Source of the DNA: Spirochaetia bacterium
GTDB taxonomy: Bacteria > Spirochaetota > Spirochaetia > SZUA-6 > Bin103
NCBI GenBank assembly: GCA_965208575.1
Contig: CBDBOV010000004.1
Location: 832,001-896,000, forward strand
Length of the DNA: 64,000 nt
Reading direction: 5' to 3'
The notes under the pieces are model-generated. The model was given only the letters and a program-made list of their open reading frames with translations, was not told the origin of the DNA and searched no databases. The position numbers and the translations under genes were made by a program. This document shows positions 9,129 through 19,310 of this stretch, one piece after another. Position 1 is the first letter of the stretch. Every line of letters begins with the position of its first letter.

Positions 9129-10331
9129 ATGCAATGGAAACCGCCCACCCGGATTCGACTCACGGTTGTGGCCATCGCGCTCGCGATCCTGGCGGGCGGC
9201 GCCGTGCTGCTGGTCGCCGCGCCGGCGCCCGCCACCGTCGCCGCCAACCCCGAACTGCTGGCCGAGGAGCCGGCCCCGCCCGGCGCGGCGCGCGAGTTCA
9301 AGACCGACTTCGCGCGCCACACGGTACCGTACAGCGACGTGTTGTCGGGCGGCCCTCCCAAGGACGGCATTCCCGCCATCGACCATCCGAACTTCGTGCC
9401 GGTGGCGGACGCGGACGGCTGGCTCGGCGAGCTCGAACCGGTGGTGCTCGTGGAGGCCGGCGGCGTGGCCAAGGCGTATCCCCTGCAGGTCCTCACCTGG
9501 CACGAGATCGTCAACGACGAGGTAGGCGGCGTGCCGATCTCGGTGACGTTCTGCCCGCTGTGCAACACCGCGATCGGCTTCCAGCGTGAGTTCGACGGCC
9601 AGGTGCTCGACTTCGGCACTACCGGCCGGTTGCGGTACAGCAACCTGATCATGTACGACCGCCAGACCGAGACCTGGTGGCAGCAGGCCACCGGCGCCGG
9701 CATCGCCGGCACGTACGCCGGCAGCCAGCTTGCCTTCTATCCGGCCAATATCGTCAGTTGGCAGGAGTTTCGCGACCGCTACCCCGATGCCGAGGTGCTC
9801 TCGCGCGACACCGGCTACAGCCGCGCCTACGGTCGCAACCCCTACGCCGGCTACGACAACGTCAACAACCGGCCGTTCCTGTACCGCGGGCCGAGTACGC
9901 CGGATGCGTTGCCGCCGATGGCGCGCGTGCTGACGGTGGACCTCCCGGAAGAGGCCGTCGCCTACCCGTACGAGACGCTGCGCGAGGTGCGCGTGATCAA
10001 CGACACCGTGGCGCAGGCGCCGATCGTGGTGTTCTGGCAGGCGGGGACGGCATCCGCGCTCGACTCCGGCAGCATCGCCGCGGGCCGCGACGTCGGCACC
10101 GGCGCCTCGTTCAGCCGCCGCGTCGATGGCCAAGTGCTCGACTTCGCGTGGTCGGACGGGGCTATCCGCGACAGCCAGACGGCCAGCACGTGGAGCCTGC
10201 TCGGCGAAGCGACCGCCGGGCCACTGCAGGGCAGCAAGCTGGAGGCGGTGGTGAGCATAAACCACTTCTGGTTCTCCTGGGCGGCGTTCCGCCCGGAGAC
10301 GCGGGTGTACGTCGACGGCGAGATGAATTGA
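9129..10331 (+). CDS. DUF3179 domain exported protein (CxxC)
   Basis: N-terminal hydrophobic segment; GGPPKDGIPAID, WHEIVND, TFCPLCNT, SNLIMYDRQT and FWFSWAAFRP motifs. Confidence 0.88.
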   Translation: MQWKPPTRIRLTVVAIALAILAGGAVLLVAAPAPATVAANPELLAEEPAPPGAAREFKTDFARHTVPYSDVLSGGPPKDGIPAIDHPNFVPVADADGWLGELEPVVLVEAGGVAKAYPLQVLTWHEIVNDEVGGVPISVTFCPLCNTAIGFQREFDGQVLDFGTTGRLRYSNLIMYDRQTETWWQQATGAGIAGTYAGSQLAFYPANIVSWQEFRDRYPDAEVLSRDTGYSRAYGRNPYAGYDNVNNRPFLYRGPSTPDALPPMARVLTVDLPEEAVAYPYETLREVRVINDTVAQAPIVVFWQAGTASALDSGSIAAGRDVGTGASFSRRVDGQVLDFAWSDGAIRDSQTASTWSLLGEATAGPLQGSKLEAVVSINHFWFSWAAFRPETRVYVDGEMN

Positions 10332-10351
10332 CGGCGGCGCAGGCGGGCGCG

Positions 10352-11164
10352 TCAGCCGCTCTTGCCCGCCTTCGGACTGGTGATGGCGCTGGTCAGGATG
10401 GCGAACGCCTCGTCGACGTCGTTGACCACGTGAATCAGTTCCCGGTCGCGGTCGCTGATGGTGCCCCACTCGCGCAGCTTGTCGAAGTTCACCACCTCCT
10501 CCCAGTAGTCGCGCCCGTAGACGATCACCGTCACCGGGCGCTGCACCTTGCGCGTCTGCAGCAGGGTCAGCACCTCGAACAGTTCATCCATGGTGCCGTA
10601 GCCGCCCGGGAACGCCACCAGCGCGCGCGCCAGGTACATGAACCAGAACTTGCGCATGAAGAAGTAGTGGAACTCCATCGCCAGGCCCTGACCGATGTAG
10701 CGATTGGGCAGCGGCTCGCCCGGCAGGCTGATGGTGAGGCCGACGCTCTGCCCGCCGGCCTCGGACGCGCCGCGATTGGCCGCCTCCATCATGCCGGGGC
10801 CGCCGCCTGAGCACACGACCAGTTCGCCTTCCGCGCCCGACTCCCGCGCCCACGCGGTAACCCGGCGCGCCAGTACGCGGGCATCCTCGTAGTACTCGGC
10901 GAGACGAAGCTGATGGCGGGCGCGCAGGACATCGGCTTGCGATGCGCCGACCACCCGGCCGGCTGCCAGATCGCCGAACCGTTTGGCGGCCTGTTCACGG
11001 TCGAGCGTACTGCTCGACCCGAAGAACACGATGGCGCTGCGAATGCGGCGCCTGCGCAGCCGCGACTGCGGCTCCAGGTACTCTGCGAGGATGCGCAGCA
11101 TGCGGGCGTCGCGGCCGCGCAGGAACGGCAGGTTCTCGTATGCCTTGTTCGGTGGGGTAGCCAT
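10352..11164 (-). CDS. LOG family (lysine decarboxylase-like) nucleotide phosphoribohydrolase
   Basis: GGGPGMMEAANRGA, FHYFFMRK and PGGYGTMDE motifs. Confidence 0.9.
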   Translation of the reverse strand: MATPPNKAYENLPFLRGRDARMLRILAEYLEPQSRLRRRRIRSAIVFFGSSSTLDREQAAKRFGDLAAGRVVGASQADVLRARHQLRLAEYYEDARVLARRVTAWARESGAEGELVVCSGGGPGMMEAANRGASEAGGQSVGLTISLPGEPLPNRYIGQGLAMEFHYFFMRKFWFMYLARALVAFPGGYGTMDELFEVLTLLQTRKVQRPVTVIVYGRDYWEEVVNFDKLREWGTISDRDRELIHVVNDVDEAFAILTSAITSPKAGKSG

Positions 11165-11217
11165 GGGCCGGCGCCCGCACGGGCGCCACGTCACTCCTGT
11201 TGGTATGCCGGCAGTCG

Positions 11218-11670
11218 CTACCCGCGGATCCGTGCAGCGGACCCCGTGCGGCGCGACCCGAGCTTGTTTCGGTTGCCGCCGTGGCGCGGCGCGGATACCG
11301 CGCTCGGATGGGCACAGGCGGCGCCGCTCCAGTGGCGGCAGCCATCATAGTAGCAGACCGGCAGCCCCACCACAGGGCAGGTGTCCGGCTTGGCCGCGGC
11401 CGTGGTGCCCGCCGAACGCCCGGCGGCGGGGCCGCCCGGTTGCGATTTCGCTCGCCGCGCGCCGCCGCCCTTGGCAACCGATCGGCCCGGTGTCGTGCGC
11501 TTCGGACGCGCGTCGCCGGGCAGCGGCGCGGGCGGCTGTTCCGGGCATTGCGGGCGTCCGGGGCGTTCAGGCTCGTCGTCGATGCCGGCGCTCCGGCCAT
11601 CGGGACCTCGGACGGCGGCGCGCGAGGGCGGCGCACCTTGCAGGGTTGCGACCCGGGACAGCAGGCCCAT
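11218..11670 (-). CDS. Hypothetical protein with C-terminal Cys/His cluster
   Basis: Fills the sucD-LOG gap on the same strand. Low-complexity N-terminus followed by CPVVGLPVCYYDGCRHWSGAACAHP. Confidence 0.35.
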   Translation of the reverse strand: MGLLSRVATLQGAPPSRAAVRGPDGRSAGIDDEPERPGRPQCPEQPPAPLPGDARPKRTTPGRSVAKGGGARRAKSQPGGPAAGRSAGTTAAAKPDTCPVVGLPVCYYDGCRHWSGAACAHPSAVSAPRHGGNRNKLGSRRTGSAARIRG

Positions 11671-11733
11671 AGTCTGTATGTCGGCGCGCGCCGCCGCGAA
11701 GTCGAGCGTCCGCACTCCGTACGCGCGGTCCCG

Positions 11734-12609
11734 TCAGGACTGGCCGAGCAACACTTCGCGCATCGTGTGACCGATCGCGGACGGCGACTCCACCACGGCC
11801 GCGCCTGCCGCGCGCAGCGCCTCCTGCTTGGCGCGCGCCGTGCCGGCGGCCCCGGCAATGATCGCCCCGGCGTGCCCCATGCGGCGCCCCGGCGGCGCCG
11901 TGGCGCCGGCGATGAACGCCACCACCGGCTTGCTCATCGACGCCACGTATTCGGCCGCCTCCTGCTCGGCGGTGCCGCCTATCTCGCCGATCAGTACCAC
12001 GGCACCGGTGTCGGCATCCGCCTCGAACAACTCGAGCGCCTCCCGCTGCGAGGTCCCGATCACCGGATCGCCGCCGACGCCGACGCTGCCCGACTGGCCG
12101 ATTCCGAGCCGCGACAACTGATCCACGGCCTCGTACACGAGGGTCCCGGAGCGGGAGATCACGCCAACGTTGCCGGGGCGGTATACATCCACCGGCATGA
12201 TGCCGGCCCGGGCACGCTGCGCCGGGGCGATCACGCCGGGGCAGTTGGGGCCGATCAGCCGGGTCGCGGAGCCGCGCAGGTAGCGCTTTACCTGCACCAT
12301 GTCGCGCGTCGGAATGAACTCGGTGATGCAGATCACCACCGGAATGCCGGCGTCCGCGGCTTCCAGTATGGCATCGGCGGCGTGCGGAGCGGGCACGAAG
12401 ATCACCGACACGTTGGCCCCCTGCTCCGCCACCGCCGCACGCACCGTGTCGTACACCGGGGTCTCCTCCAGCCGCTGGCCGCCCCGGCCCGGCGTGACGC
12501 CCGCCACCACGGCGCTCCCGTAGGAGCGGCTGATGCGCGCCTGCAACTGGCCGGCACGGCCGAAGCCCTGCACCAGTATGCGGCTCGATGCGCCGAGCAG
12601 CACCGCCAT
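11734..12609 (-). CDS. sucD: Succinyl-CoA synthetase alpha subunit
   Basis: [19 protein letters not shown] and MGHAGA (phospho-His) motifs. Confidence 0.97.
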   Translation of the reverse strand: MAVLLGASSRILVQGFGRAGQLQARISRSYGSAVVAGVTPGRGGQRLEETPVYDTVRAAVAEQGANVSVIFVPAPHAADAILEAADAGIPVVICITEFIPTRDMVQVKRYLRGSATRLIGPNCPGVIAPAQRARAGIMPVDVYRPGNVGVISRSGTLVYEAVDQLSRLGIGQSGSVGVGGDPVIGTSQREALELFEADADTGAVVLIGEIGGTAEQEAAEYVASMSKPVVAFIAGATAPPGRRMGHAGAIIAGAAGTARAKQEALRAAGAAVVESPSAIGHTMREVLLGQS

Positions 12610-13781
12610 TACGCGGCCCCTCCCCGGGCCGCGAGCACCGCGGCGCGCGCCGCCTCGGCGAATCCGCCGGCGCGCACCAGGTCGACCGCCGCGCGGTCGA
12701 GAATCTCCAGCCCCTGCGTGACGTTGGTGCCGGCGAGGCGAACCACGGTGGGCTGCGGCAACGCGCCCTCCGCCTTCGCCGCCACCACGCCGGCGGCGAT
12801 GATGTCGGTGCGCGCGAGTCCGCCGAAGATGTTGACCAGCACCGCGCGCACGTCGGGGTCGGCGCCGATAATCCGCAATGCGGCGACCACCGCCTCGCGG
12901 CGGTTGGCGGTGCCGATGTCCAGGAAGTTGGCCGGTTCACCGCCGGCCAGCTTGATCGCATCCATGGTGGCCATGGCCAGGCCGGCGCCGTTCACCAGGC
13001 AGCCAATGTCGCCGTCCAGCTTCACGTAGTTGTCGATCCCGGCGTCGTGCGCCTCCAGTTCGCGTTCCGCCTCCTGGCCGCGGTCGCGCAGCCGCACCAG
13101 ATCCGGCTGCCGGAACAGCGCGTTGTCGTCCACGTCGAACTTCGCGTCGCCGGCCAGCAGGGCGCCGTCATCCGTTACCACCAGCGGGTTGATCTCGACC
13201 AGGCGCGCGTCGCTGCCCTCGAATGCGGCCACCAGCGCATCGATCAGCCGCACCGCCGGCGCCAGCAGCTCGCCTCCCAGGCCGGTGGCGAATGCCAGGG
13301 CGCGCGCCTGGTACGGCTGCAGTCCACAGGTCGGGTCGACGTGCTGGCGGTGAATCGCCTCCGGCCGCTCGGCCGCGACCTGTTCGATCTCCATGCCCCC
13401 GGCCGCGGACGCGATCACCATCGGCATCCCGGCCGCGTTGTCGATCACCACGCTCAGATAGAGCTCGCGCGCAATGGCCACGCGCTCTTCCACCAGTACG
13501 GCGTCCACCGGAAGTCCGGCCGGGCCGGTCTGGTTGGTGACCAGCCGGATGCCGAGCAATTCACCCGCGGCCGCCTGCGCGGCCCCCGCATCCGCGGCCA
13601 GCCGGATGCCGCCCGCCTTGCCGCGCGCCCCGGTGTGTACCTGCGCCTTGATCACCACCGGTCCGCCCAGGTCGCCGGCAACGCGCGCGGCGTCCTCGGC
13701 CGTGGCCGCGACCCGGCCGCGCGGCACCGCCACGCCGTAGCGCGCCAGCACCGCCTTGGCCTGATGTTCGTGCAGCTTCAA
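12609..13781 (-). CDS. sucC: Succinyl-CoA synthetase beta subunit
   Basis: TTG start (LKLHEHQAK) overlapping the upstream stop; [28 protein letters not shown] and NIFGG motifs. Confidence 0.96.
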   Translation of the reverse strand: MKLHEHQAKAVLARYGVAVPRGRVAATAEDAARVAGDLGGPVVIKAQVHTGARGKAGGIRLAADAGAAQAAAGELLGIRLVTNQTGPAGLPVDAVLVEERVAIARELYLSVVIDNAAGMPMVIASAAGGMEIEQVAAERPEAIHRQHVDPTCGLQPYQARALAFATGLGGELLAPAVRLIDALVAAFEGSDARLVEINPLVVTDDGALLAGDAKFDVDDNALFRQPDLVRLRDRGQEAERELEAHDAGIDNYVKLDGDIGCLVNGAGLAMATMDAIKLAGGEPANFLDIGTANRREAVVAALRIIGADPDVRAVLVNIFGGLARTDIIAAGVVAAKAEGALPQPTVVRLAGTNVTQGLEILDRAAVDLVRAGGFAEAARAAVLAARGGAA

Positions 13782-14638
13782 CTTCGCGAGGTCCTTCCGG
13801 CCACCGGTTCGCCGATGCCTGCCAGTACGCGCCGCAGCGCGGCGGCGGCGACCGCGAATCGCGCCGGCGAGGTGCGTCCGTGGCTGGCCCCGGCCACGTC
13901 CAGGTGCGGCTCCAGCGTGAGAAAACTGTCGAAACCGGCCGCGTACGCCTCGGCGAGAATGCGCGCCACCGCACCATCGCCCTCCCCGGCCGGGACCACC
14001 GTCGCGGTGGCCGCCACGGCGTCCTTGATGTGAAAGTAGGCGACGTGCCGGCGCACCCGCTGCCAGCAGCGGTAGGGATCCTCGCCGCACACCACGAAGT
14101 TGGCGAAATCGAAAATGCCGGTGAAGGCTGGCGATCGGATGCTGTCCAGCAGATCAAGCACCCGGTCGCCGGTGTCGCCGTAGATGCCACGCTCGTTCTC
14201 GTGCGCCAGGCGCACGCCGGTCGGTTCGGCCAGCTCCACCAGGGCGCCAAGCCAATCCAGCACCCGGCCCCGGTAGCTGGCGGCGTCCTCTCCGGCCGGA
14301 ATGTAGTAGGAGAAGATGCGCACGAACGGCGCCTCCAGCAGCGCGGCGCACTCCAGTGCCCGCAGCATGCGCTCCCGTTCCTCGGCAAAGTCGCCGGCCA
14401 CCGGGAACTTCCCGATCGGCGAGCCAACGGCCGAGAATCCCACTCCGGCCTGCCGAGCAGCGTCCTTCACGCGCCGCACCTCGCCCGCGGACAGCTCCAG
14501 CACGCCCTTGCCCCACACGCCGCGCAACTCGATGTTGCCCACGTCGTTGGCAGCGAGCGCCGCCAGTTGTTCGTCCAGTTCGGCGCCGATTTCGTCGGCA
14601 AACGCGCTGACCCGCCGCCGGTTCCAACTCACGCTCAT
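13778..14638 (-). CDS. Sugar phosphate isomerase/epimerase (xylose isomerase-like TIM barrel)
   Basis: SAFADE, GSPIGK, HENE, FDFANF, HIKDA and TLEPHL motifs. Confidence 0.88.
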   Translation of the reverse strand: MSVSWNRRRVSAFADEIGAELDEQLAALAANDVGNIELRGVWGKGVLELSAGEVRRVKDAARQAGVGFSAVGSPIGKFPVAGDFAEERERMLRALECAALLEAPFVRIFSYYIPAGEDAASYRGRVLDWLGALVELAEPTGVRLAHENERGIYGDTGDRVLDLLDSIRSPAFTGIFDFANFVVCGEDPYRCWQRVRRHVAYFHIKDAVAATATVVPAGEGDGAVARILAEAYAAGFDSFLTLEPHLDVAGASHGRTSPARFAVAAAALRRVLAGIGEPVAGRTSRS

Positions 14639-14747
14639 CGCGGCTATCCAATCGGTCCCGCGCCAGGTTGTCAATGCCGGCCTGCCCGACGCGGCCCGGC
14701 GCCGCGTATGCACCGCCGCGTGGCCCGCGGCCATGCAGCGCCCGGTG

Positions 14748-16259
14748 CTACAGGTTGACGTCGATGGTGCTGCGCACTCCGTCGCGCACGATGCGGAACC
14801 GGTACTCGCCGCTCTCCCCCGCTCCGACGGTCCGGTAGAAGTCGGCGGCGTCGCGGACTGCGGTGCCGTTGACGTGCGTGATGATGTCTCCCACGCGCAG
14901 CCCGGCCGCCGATGTCGCGCTCGATTCGTTGACGCTTGCGATCAACATGCCGCGCTGGTTGTCGGCAATTTCGAACCGCGCTCGTACGCGATCGGTGAGC
15001 GGCACCGGAAAGATGCCCGGCCAGTCGCGCACCGCCCATGCCTCGGAATCGTCGCGCAGGGCGACCACGACCGTCACCTGCATGGGTGCCCCCGCGCGCA
15101 CCAGCGCGAACGTACTCTCCTGACCCGGCTCCAACGCACCCACGGCGCGCACCAACTCACCGCTGTCGCGCACCGGCCGGCCGCTCACGTGCGTGATCCA
15201 GTCGCCGGGGCGCAGATCGCCGAGCGCCGCCGGCGAGTCGAGGATGATGCTCCATGCCAGTGCGCCGTCGATGTCGTCCACGCCCAGCGCCGCACGGGTC
15301 TCGGAGCCTGCCGAACTCACGAACACGCCGAGATAGCCGTAACGCACGCGTCCGCTCTCCAGGAAGTCGCGGATGGCCCGTTTGGCCGCGTTGATCGGCA
15401 ACGCGAACCCCACTCCCACGTTACCGCCGCTGCTCGAGGCGATCCACGTGTTGACGCCGATCACTTCGCCGTCCAGGTTGACCAGCGCGCCGCCGGAGTT
15501 GCCCGGGTTGATGGCCGCGTCGGTCTGTATGTACTCGGCAATGTTGATGCCCGCGGTGCCGCTGGTCTCGCGCCCGAGCGCGCTGATGATGCCGGACGTC
15601 ACGGTCGACTGCAGGCCGAACGGACTGCCGACGGCAAGCACCAGGTCGCCCACCACGAGCTGGCTGGAGTCGCCGAGGCGCGCGGTCGGCAGACCGCGCG
15701 GAGCGTCGAACGACACGACCGCGATGTCCTGGCGCGGGTCGGTGCCCACCAGTTCGGCTTGGTACTCTTCACCGCTGTCGAGCGTGACCAGGATGTGGTC
15801 GCGATTCTCGATCACGTGGTTGTTGGTCAAGACGAAGTAGCGGCCATCCTCGGTGCTCACGATGATCCCGGAGCCGGTGCCGCCCGGCTGTTCGAACGGC
15901 CGCGGCTGCGTCTGATTGGGCGCGAAACTGCGCTGGCGGCGGCTCACCGTCCTGGTAGTGTTGATCTTCACGACCACCGGCATCACCGCGGCCGCGACCG
16001 CCCGGTACGATGCCTGCAGTTCGCGCAGCAGATCGAGCCCCGAGGCGCGGTGTGCCGGCGACGCGTGTGTCCGCTCCGGTTCGGCGGCCGGCACGGCCGC
16101 AGGTGCGGCCGCCGGCGCGGGCTGCACCGGAACCAGGTCGTCGGCGTCCGCCTCGGCGAATATGCCGGATGCGATGGCGGATCCCGCGCTCAACAGGAGG
16201 CCCAGGAGTACAAGCACGCTGCCTCGCCGCGCCACGGTGATACCTGCTCGTTGCGTCAT
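14748..16259 (-). CDS. htrA: HtrA/DegP-family serine protease with two PDZ domains
   Basis: Signal-like N-terminus; GSGII, TNNHV and TDAAINPGNSGG motifs; two GLR(P/V)GD PDZ repeats. Confidence 0.93.
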   Translation of the reverse strand: MTQRAGITVARRGSVLVLLGLLLSAGSAIASGIFAEADADDLVPVQPAPAAAPAAVPAAEPERTHASPAHRASGLDLLRELQASYRAVAAAVMPVVVKINTTRTVSRRQRSFAPNQTQPRPFEQPGGTGSGIIVSTEDGRYFVLTNNHVIENRDHILVTLDSGEEYQAELVGTDPRQDIAVVSFDAPRGLPTARLGDSSQLVVGDLVLAVGSPFGLQSTVTSGIISALGRETSGTAGINIAEYIQTDAAINPGNSGGALVNLDGEVIGVNTWIASSSGGNVGVGFALPINAAKRAIRDFLESGRVRYGYLGVFVSSAGSETRAALGVDDIDGALAWSIILDSPAALGDLRPGDWITHVSGRPVRDSGELVRAVGALEPGQESTFALVRAGAPMQVTVVVALRDDSEAWAVRDWPGIFPVPLTDRVRARFEIADNQRGMLIASVNESSATSAAGLRVGDIITHVNGTAVRDAADFYRTVGAGESGEYRFRIVRDGVRSTIDVNL

Positions 16260-16350
16260 CGTCGCGTCCCTCCCGTCATGCCGTGTATACGCACTCAATG
16301 GTATTGCATTAGCGGTACCAAAGCGATGTTGAAAGCGTATTAACCGCTCG

Positions 16351-17097
16351 TTAAGGATGGGTAACGCGAGCGGATTGGCGGTCGCCGGCGGCTGGTGCGG
16401 CAGTGGTGACCGCGGCCAGCAGGGCCACGCCGAACAGGCGGCTCAGGCGCGTGTAGTCGAGCGCATCACACTCGACGAGTGCCTGCACGACGGTCTCCTG
16501 GAAGAAGTTGAAGGTCGCCACAACGTCCGCGGGCGCCAGGCCCAGGCGTCTCGCGGCGCGACCGTAGCTGGCGCCCAACTGGCCGGCGCGCCGCAGTGCG
16601 TCCGCGCGCGGCGCCTCCGCGCGCGGTGCGTCGGCACGCGTTGCGTCGCTGTCGACGGCGGCCTCGGACTGCTCGACCGCGTAGCGAATCAGCAGCCCCA
16701 ACAGCTCGCGCCCGAGGTGGGTCATCGACCGGCGCTGGTTGCCGCTCAACTCGGCGCGCAGCCCGTGCAGCACCGAGATGCCGGACGCCGGCGAGCCGGC
16801 CGGGGGAGCCGCGGCGAGCGCGGCGCGCACCGCACGCCGCGCCAGTTCCGCGATCGCGGCCGCGGTGGCAGGGTCGTCCTGCGGCGCGGCAAGCACGCGC
16901 CGCAGATCGCGCAACCGGTAGCGGCGATGCCCGCCCGGCGTGCGCAGGCAGCGGACGGTGCCCTTCTCGCTCCAGTTGCGCATGGTCAGCGGATGCACCC
17001 CAAGCAGCTCGGCGGCCTGGCCGATGGTGAGCAGGCGTTCGTCGCCGGCGCCGGAGGGGTGCTGCGGCGCGCGCACTATACCGCTTGCGAATCGCAT
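16351..17097 (-). CDS. Excisionase/MerR-like HTH (BldC-like) regulator with all-helical C-terminal domain
   Basis: LTIGQAAELLGVHPLTMRNW...RTPGGHRRY N-terminal motif. Divergent from hemA. Confidence 0.78.
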   Translation of the reverse strand: MRFASGIVRAPQHPSGAGDERLLTIGQAAELLGVHPLTMRNWSEKGTVRCLRTPGGHRRYRLRDLRRVLAAPQDDPATAAAIAELARRAVRAALAAAPPAGSPASGISVLHGLRAELSGNQRRSMTHLGRELLGLLIRYAVEQSEAAVDSDATRADAPRAEAPRADALRRAGQLGASYGRAARRLGLAPADVVATFNFFQETVVQALVECDALDYTRLSRLFGVALLAAVTTAAPAAGDRQSARVTHP

Positions 17098-17133
17098 AAA
17101 ATCGTATATATCTTATCTGCGACGACGCCTTCC

Positions 17134-18390
17134 ATGATCCGAGCCTGGCTCCTCAATTATCGGCCCCTGGACCAGCACCTTGCAAGCGAGGCGGCAGCCG
17201 CAGCCGCGCCGCTGCCGGAGCGGCTAGCCGCGGCGTTCGCGCGCGCAAACGGTGGGCACGCGGAGTGGGCGGTACTCGCAACCTGCCATCGCTGCGAGGT
17301 GTACACTCACGGAGCGAACGGCGCGCTGGTTGGCGGCGTTCTGGACGACGTGTTTCCCGCCGCGGCGCGCACTACCGTGGCCGAGGTGGCGGAGGATGAT
17401 GCGGTGCGCCACCTGATGCGGGTGGCCGCCGGCCTGGACTCCATGCTGCTCGGCGAGACCGACGTCCAGCACCAGGTCGTGGCGGCCTGGCAGGACGCCG
17501 CTGCCGGCGGCTCGACCGGCGCGGTACTCGATGCCGTGTTCCGCGCCGCGATCCACGCCGGCAAGCGCGTGCGCACCGACACCGGGATCGGCCGCCACGC
17601 CACCTCGCTGGCACCCGCGGCGGTCGACCTGGTGGCCGGGCGGTTGGCAACGATCGGCGGGGCGCGGGCGCTGGTGTTCGGCGCCGGCACCATGGCGCAG
17701 CGCGCTTGCGAGCGGCTGCGAGACCTCGGGTTCGACCGCCTTACCGTTACCAGCCGGACTCTGGAACGCGCCGAACGGCTGGCGCAGCACTGCGGGGGCC
17801 GGGCGGTGCCGTGGGCCCCGGCCGCCGCTCTGCGTTCGGCGGATGTCGCCATCGCGGCGACGGCGGCACCCACGCCTTTCATCGACGACGCGATGCTGAG
17901 TGCGGCCATGACGGACCGCCGTCGTCCACTGCACCTGGTCGACCTGGCGTTGCCGCAGAACGTCGATCGCGGCGCCACGCCGCTGCCCGGGTTCACCTAC
18001 TACGACTTCGCCGACCTGGAGGATGCCACGCGGGCAAGCCATGCGGCGCGGGCGGCAGAGATCCCGCTTGCCGAGGCGGTGATCGAGCAGGAGCTGGCGC
18101 GTTTTCGCTCCTGGTGGCAGCAGCGTGAGATCATGCCCGCCCTGCGCATGCTCGGCGAACTGGCCGCCGCCACCCGCGACGCGGAGCTGGAACGAGTGTG
18201 GCGCCGCCTGCCGGGGCTCACCGACCGCGAGCGGCGCATCGTGGAATCGCTCGCCCACAACGTGACTCGCGGCCTGCTGCGCCGGCCGATGACGCGGCTG
18301 CGGGACGCCGCCGGAACTCCACTCGCGGACCAGTATCGCGGTACACTGGAGTCGCTGTTCGCGGATCGGCCGCCTCGGGACACCCGATGA
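17134..18390 (+). CDS. hemA: Glutamyl-tRNA reductase
   Basis: ATCHRCEVY (catalytic Cys), GLDSMLLGE, GAGTM and DLALPQNV motifs. ATG 17134 lies within ORF 16357..18390. Confidence 0.9.
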   Translation: MIRAWLLNYRPLDQHLASEAAAAAAPLPERLAAAFARANGGHAEWAVLATCHRCEVYTHGANGALVGGVLDDVFPAAARTTVAEVAEDDAVRHLMRVAAGLDSMLLGETDVQHQVVAAWQDAAAGGSTGAVLDAVFRAAIHAGKRVRTDTGIGRHATSLAPAAVDLVAGRLATIGGARALVFGAGTMAQRACERLRDLGFDRLTVTSRTLERAERLAQHCGGRAVPWAPAAALRSADVAIAATAAPTPFIDDAMLSAAMTDRRRPLHLVDLALPQNVDRGATPLPGFTYYDFADLEDATRASHAARAAEIPLAEAVIEQELARFRSWWQQREIMPALRMLGELAAATRDAELERVWRRLPGLTDRERRIVESLAHNVTRGLLRRPMTRLRDAAGTPLADQYRGTLESLFADRPPRDTR

Positions 18391-19208
18391 GCCGGCATGG
18401 TCGCGCGCCGGCACCTGGAACGATGAAGACCGACTCACACGCATCCGACGAACGCCGGCAGTCCGCCGGGCACGGGCGCGCCGCAGTCCGCCCGGCGCCG
18501 TCACGCGAGGCGCACGCCGAGTCGCGGCAGACACCGCGCACCCTGTCGCACTTCGCCCTGCTGCGCTTTACCGCGGCCTGGTGGCACCTCGCGGACCAGG
18601 AGCGGCGCCGGCAGCGCGAGGCGCTCGGGGCGGCGCTTGCGGACCTGGGCGATGCGCGCCACCTGTACCAGGTGTTCCCTGCCCAGGACAGCGCCGACCT
18701 GCTGCTGTGGACCGCGCTGCGGGAGGCGGCGCCGGTGGCCGTGCACGCGTTCTTTCGCGACTACGCCGCCCGGCTGGCGCGCTTTCGCGGCGTGCTGACC
18801 TGCCGCGCACCGCTGTGGGGCTTCACGCGCCCCTCCACCTATACCAGGGTGCGGTCGGCGCAGGAGATGGATCCCTTCACTGCCGACCGGCAGCCCTTCC
18901 TGGTGCTCTATCCGTTCGTCAAGACCACCGGCTGGTATGCCTTGAGCCGCGACACGCGCCAGGGCATGATGAACGGCCACATCCGCGTCGGCAAGGAGTA
19001 CCCCGACATCACCCAGCTCCTGCTGTACTCGACCGGCGTCCAGGACCAGGAGTTCGTGGTGGTGTACGAGACCGCCGACCTGACCCGGTTCTCCGACCTG
19101 GTGACGCAGTTGCGCAGCACCGAGGCACGCGCCTATACGGAACGCGACACACCGTTGACTACCGCCCTCCACCATCCGCCCGGCGCCGCATTGGATCTGT
19201 TCCGATGA
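18387..19208 (+). CDS. hemQ: Chlorite dismutase-family protein, probable coproheme decarboxylase (ChdC/HemQ)
   Basis: YPFVK..WY, MNGH (proximal His), YSTG.QDQEF motifs. Sits in the heme operon with an ATGA overlap. Confidence 0.8.
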   Translation: MSRHGRAPAPGTMKTDSHASDERRQSAGHGRAAVRPAPSREAHAESRQTPRTLSHFALLRFTAAWWHLADQERRRQREALGAALADLGDARHLYQVFPAQDSADLLLWTALREAAPVAVHAFFRDYAARLARFRGVLTCRAPLWGFTRPSTYTRVRSAQEMDPFTADRQPFLVLYPFVKTTGWYALSRDTRQGMMNGHIRVGKEYPDITQLLLYSTGVQDQEFVVVYETADLTRFSDLVTQLRSTEARAYTERDTPLTTALHHPPGAALDLFR

Positions 19209-19310
19209 GCCTGCGCGGGCGCTCGGCGATGTGGAAGACGACGAAAATCGATGTACCGGCATCGTGCACCGGCCGGCTTCTTGGGACCAGGCCAGCCGGG
19301 GAGCCGACGC

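Noticed and set aside
9129-10331. Selenoprotein form of DUF3179
   Set aside because: The motif is plain CPLC with no in-frame TGA.
16357-17133. Apparent 260-aa N-terminal extension of HemA
   Set aside because: It is the antisense of the HTH regulator; HemA similarity starts near ATG 17134.
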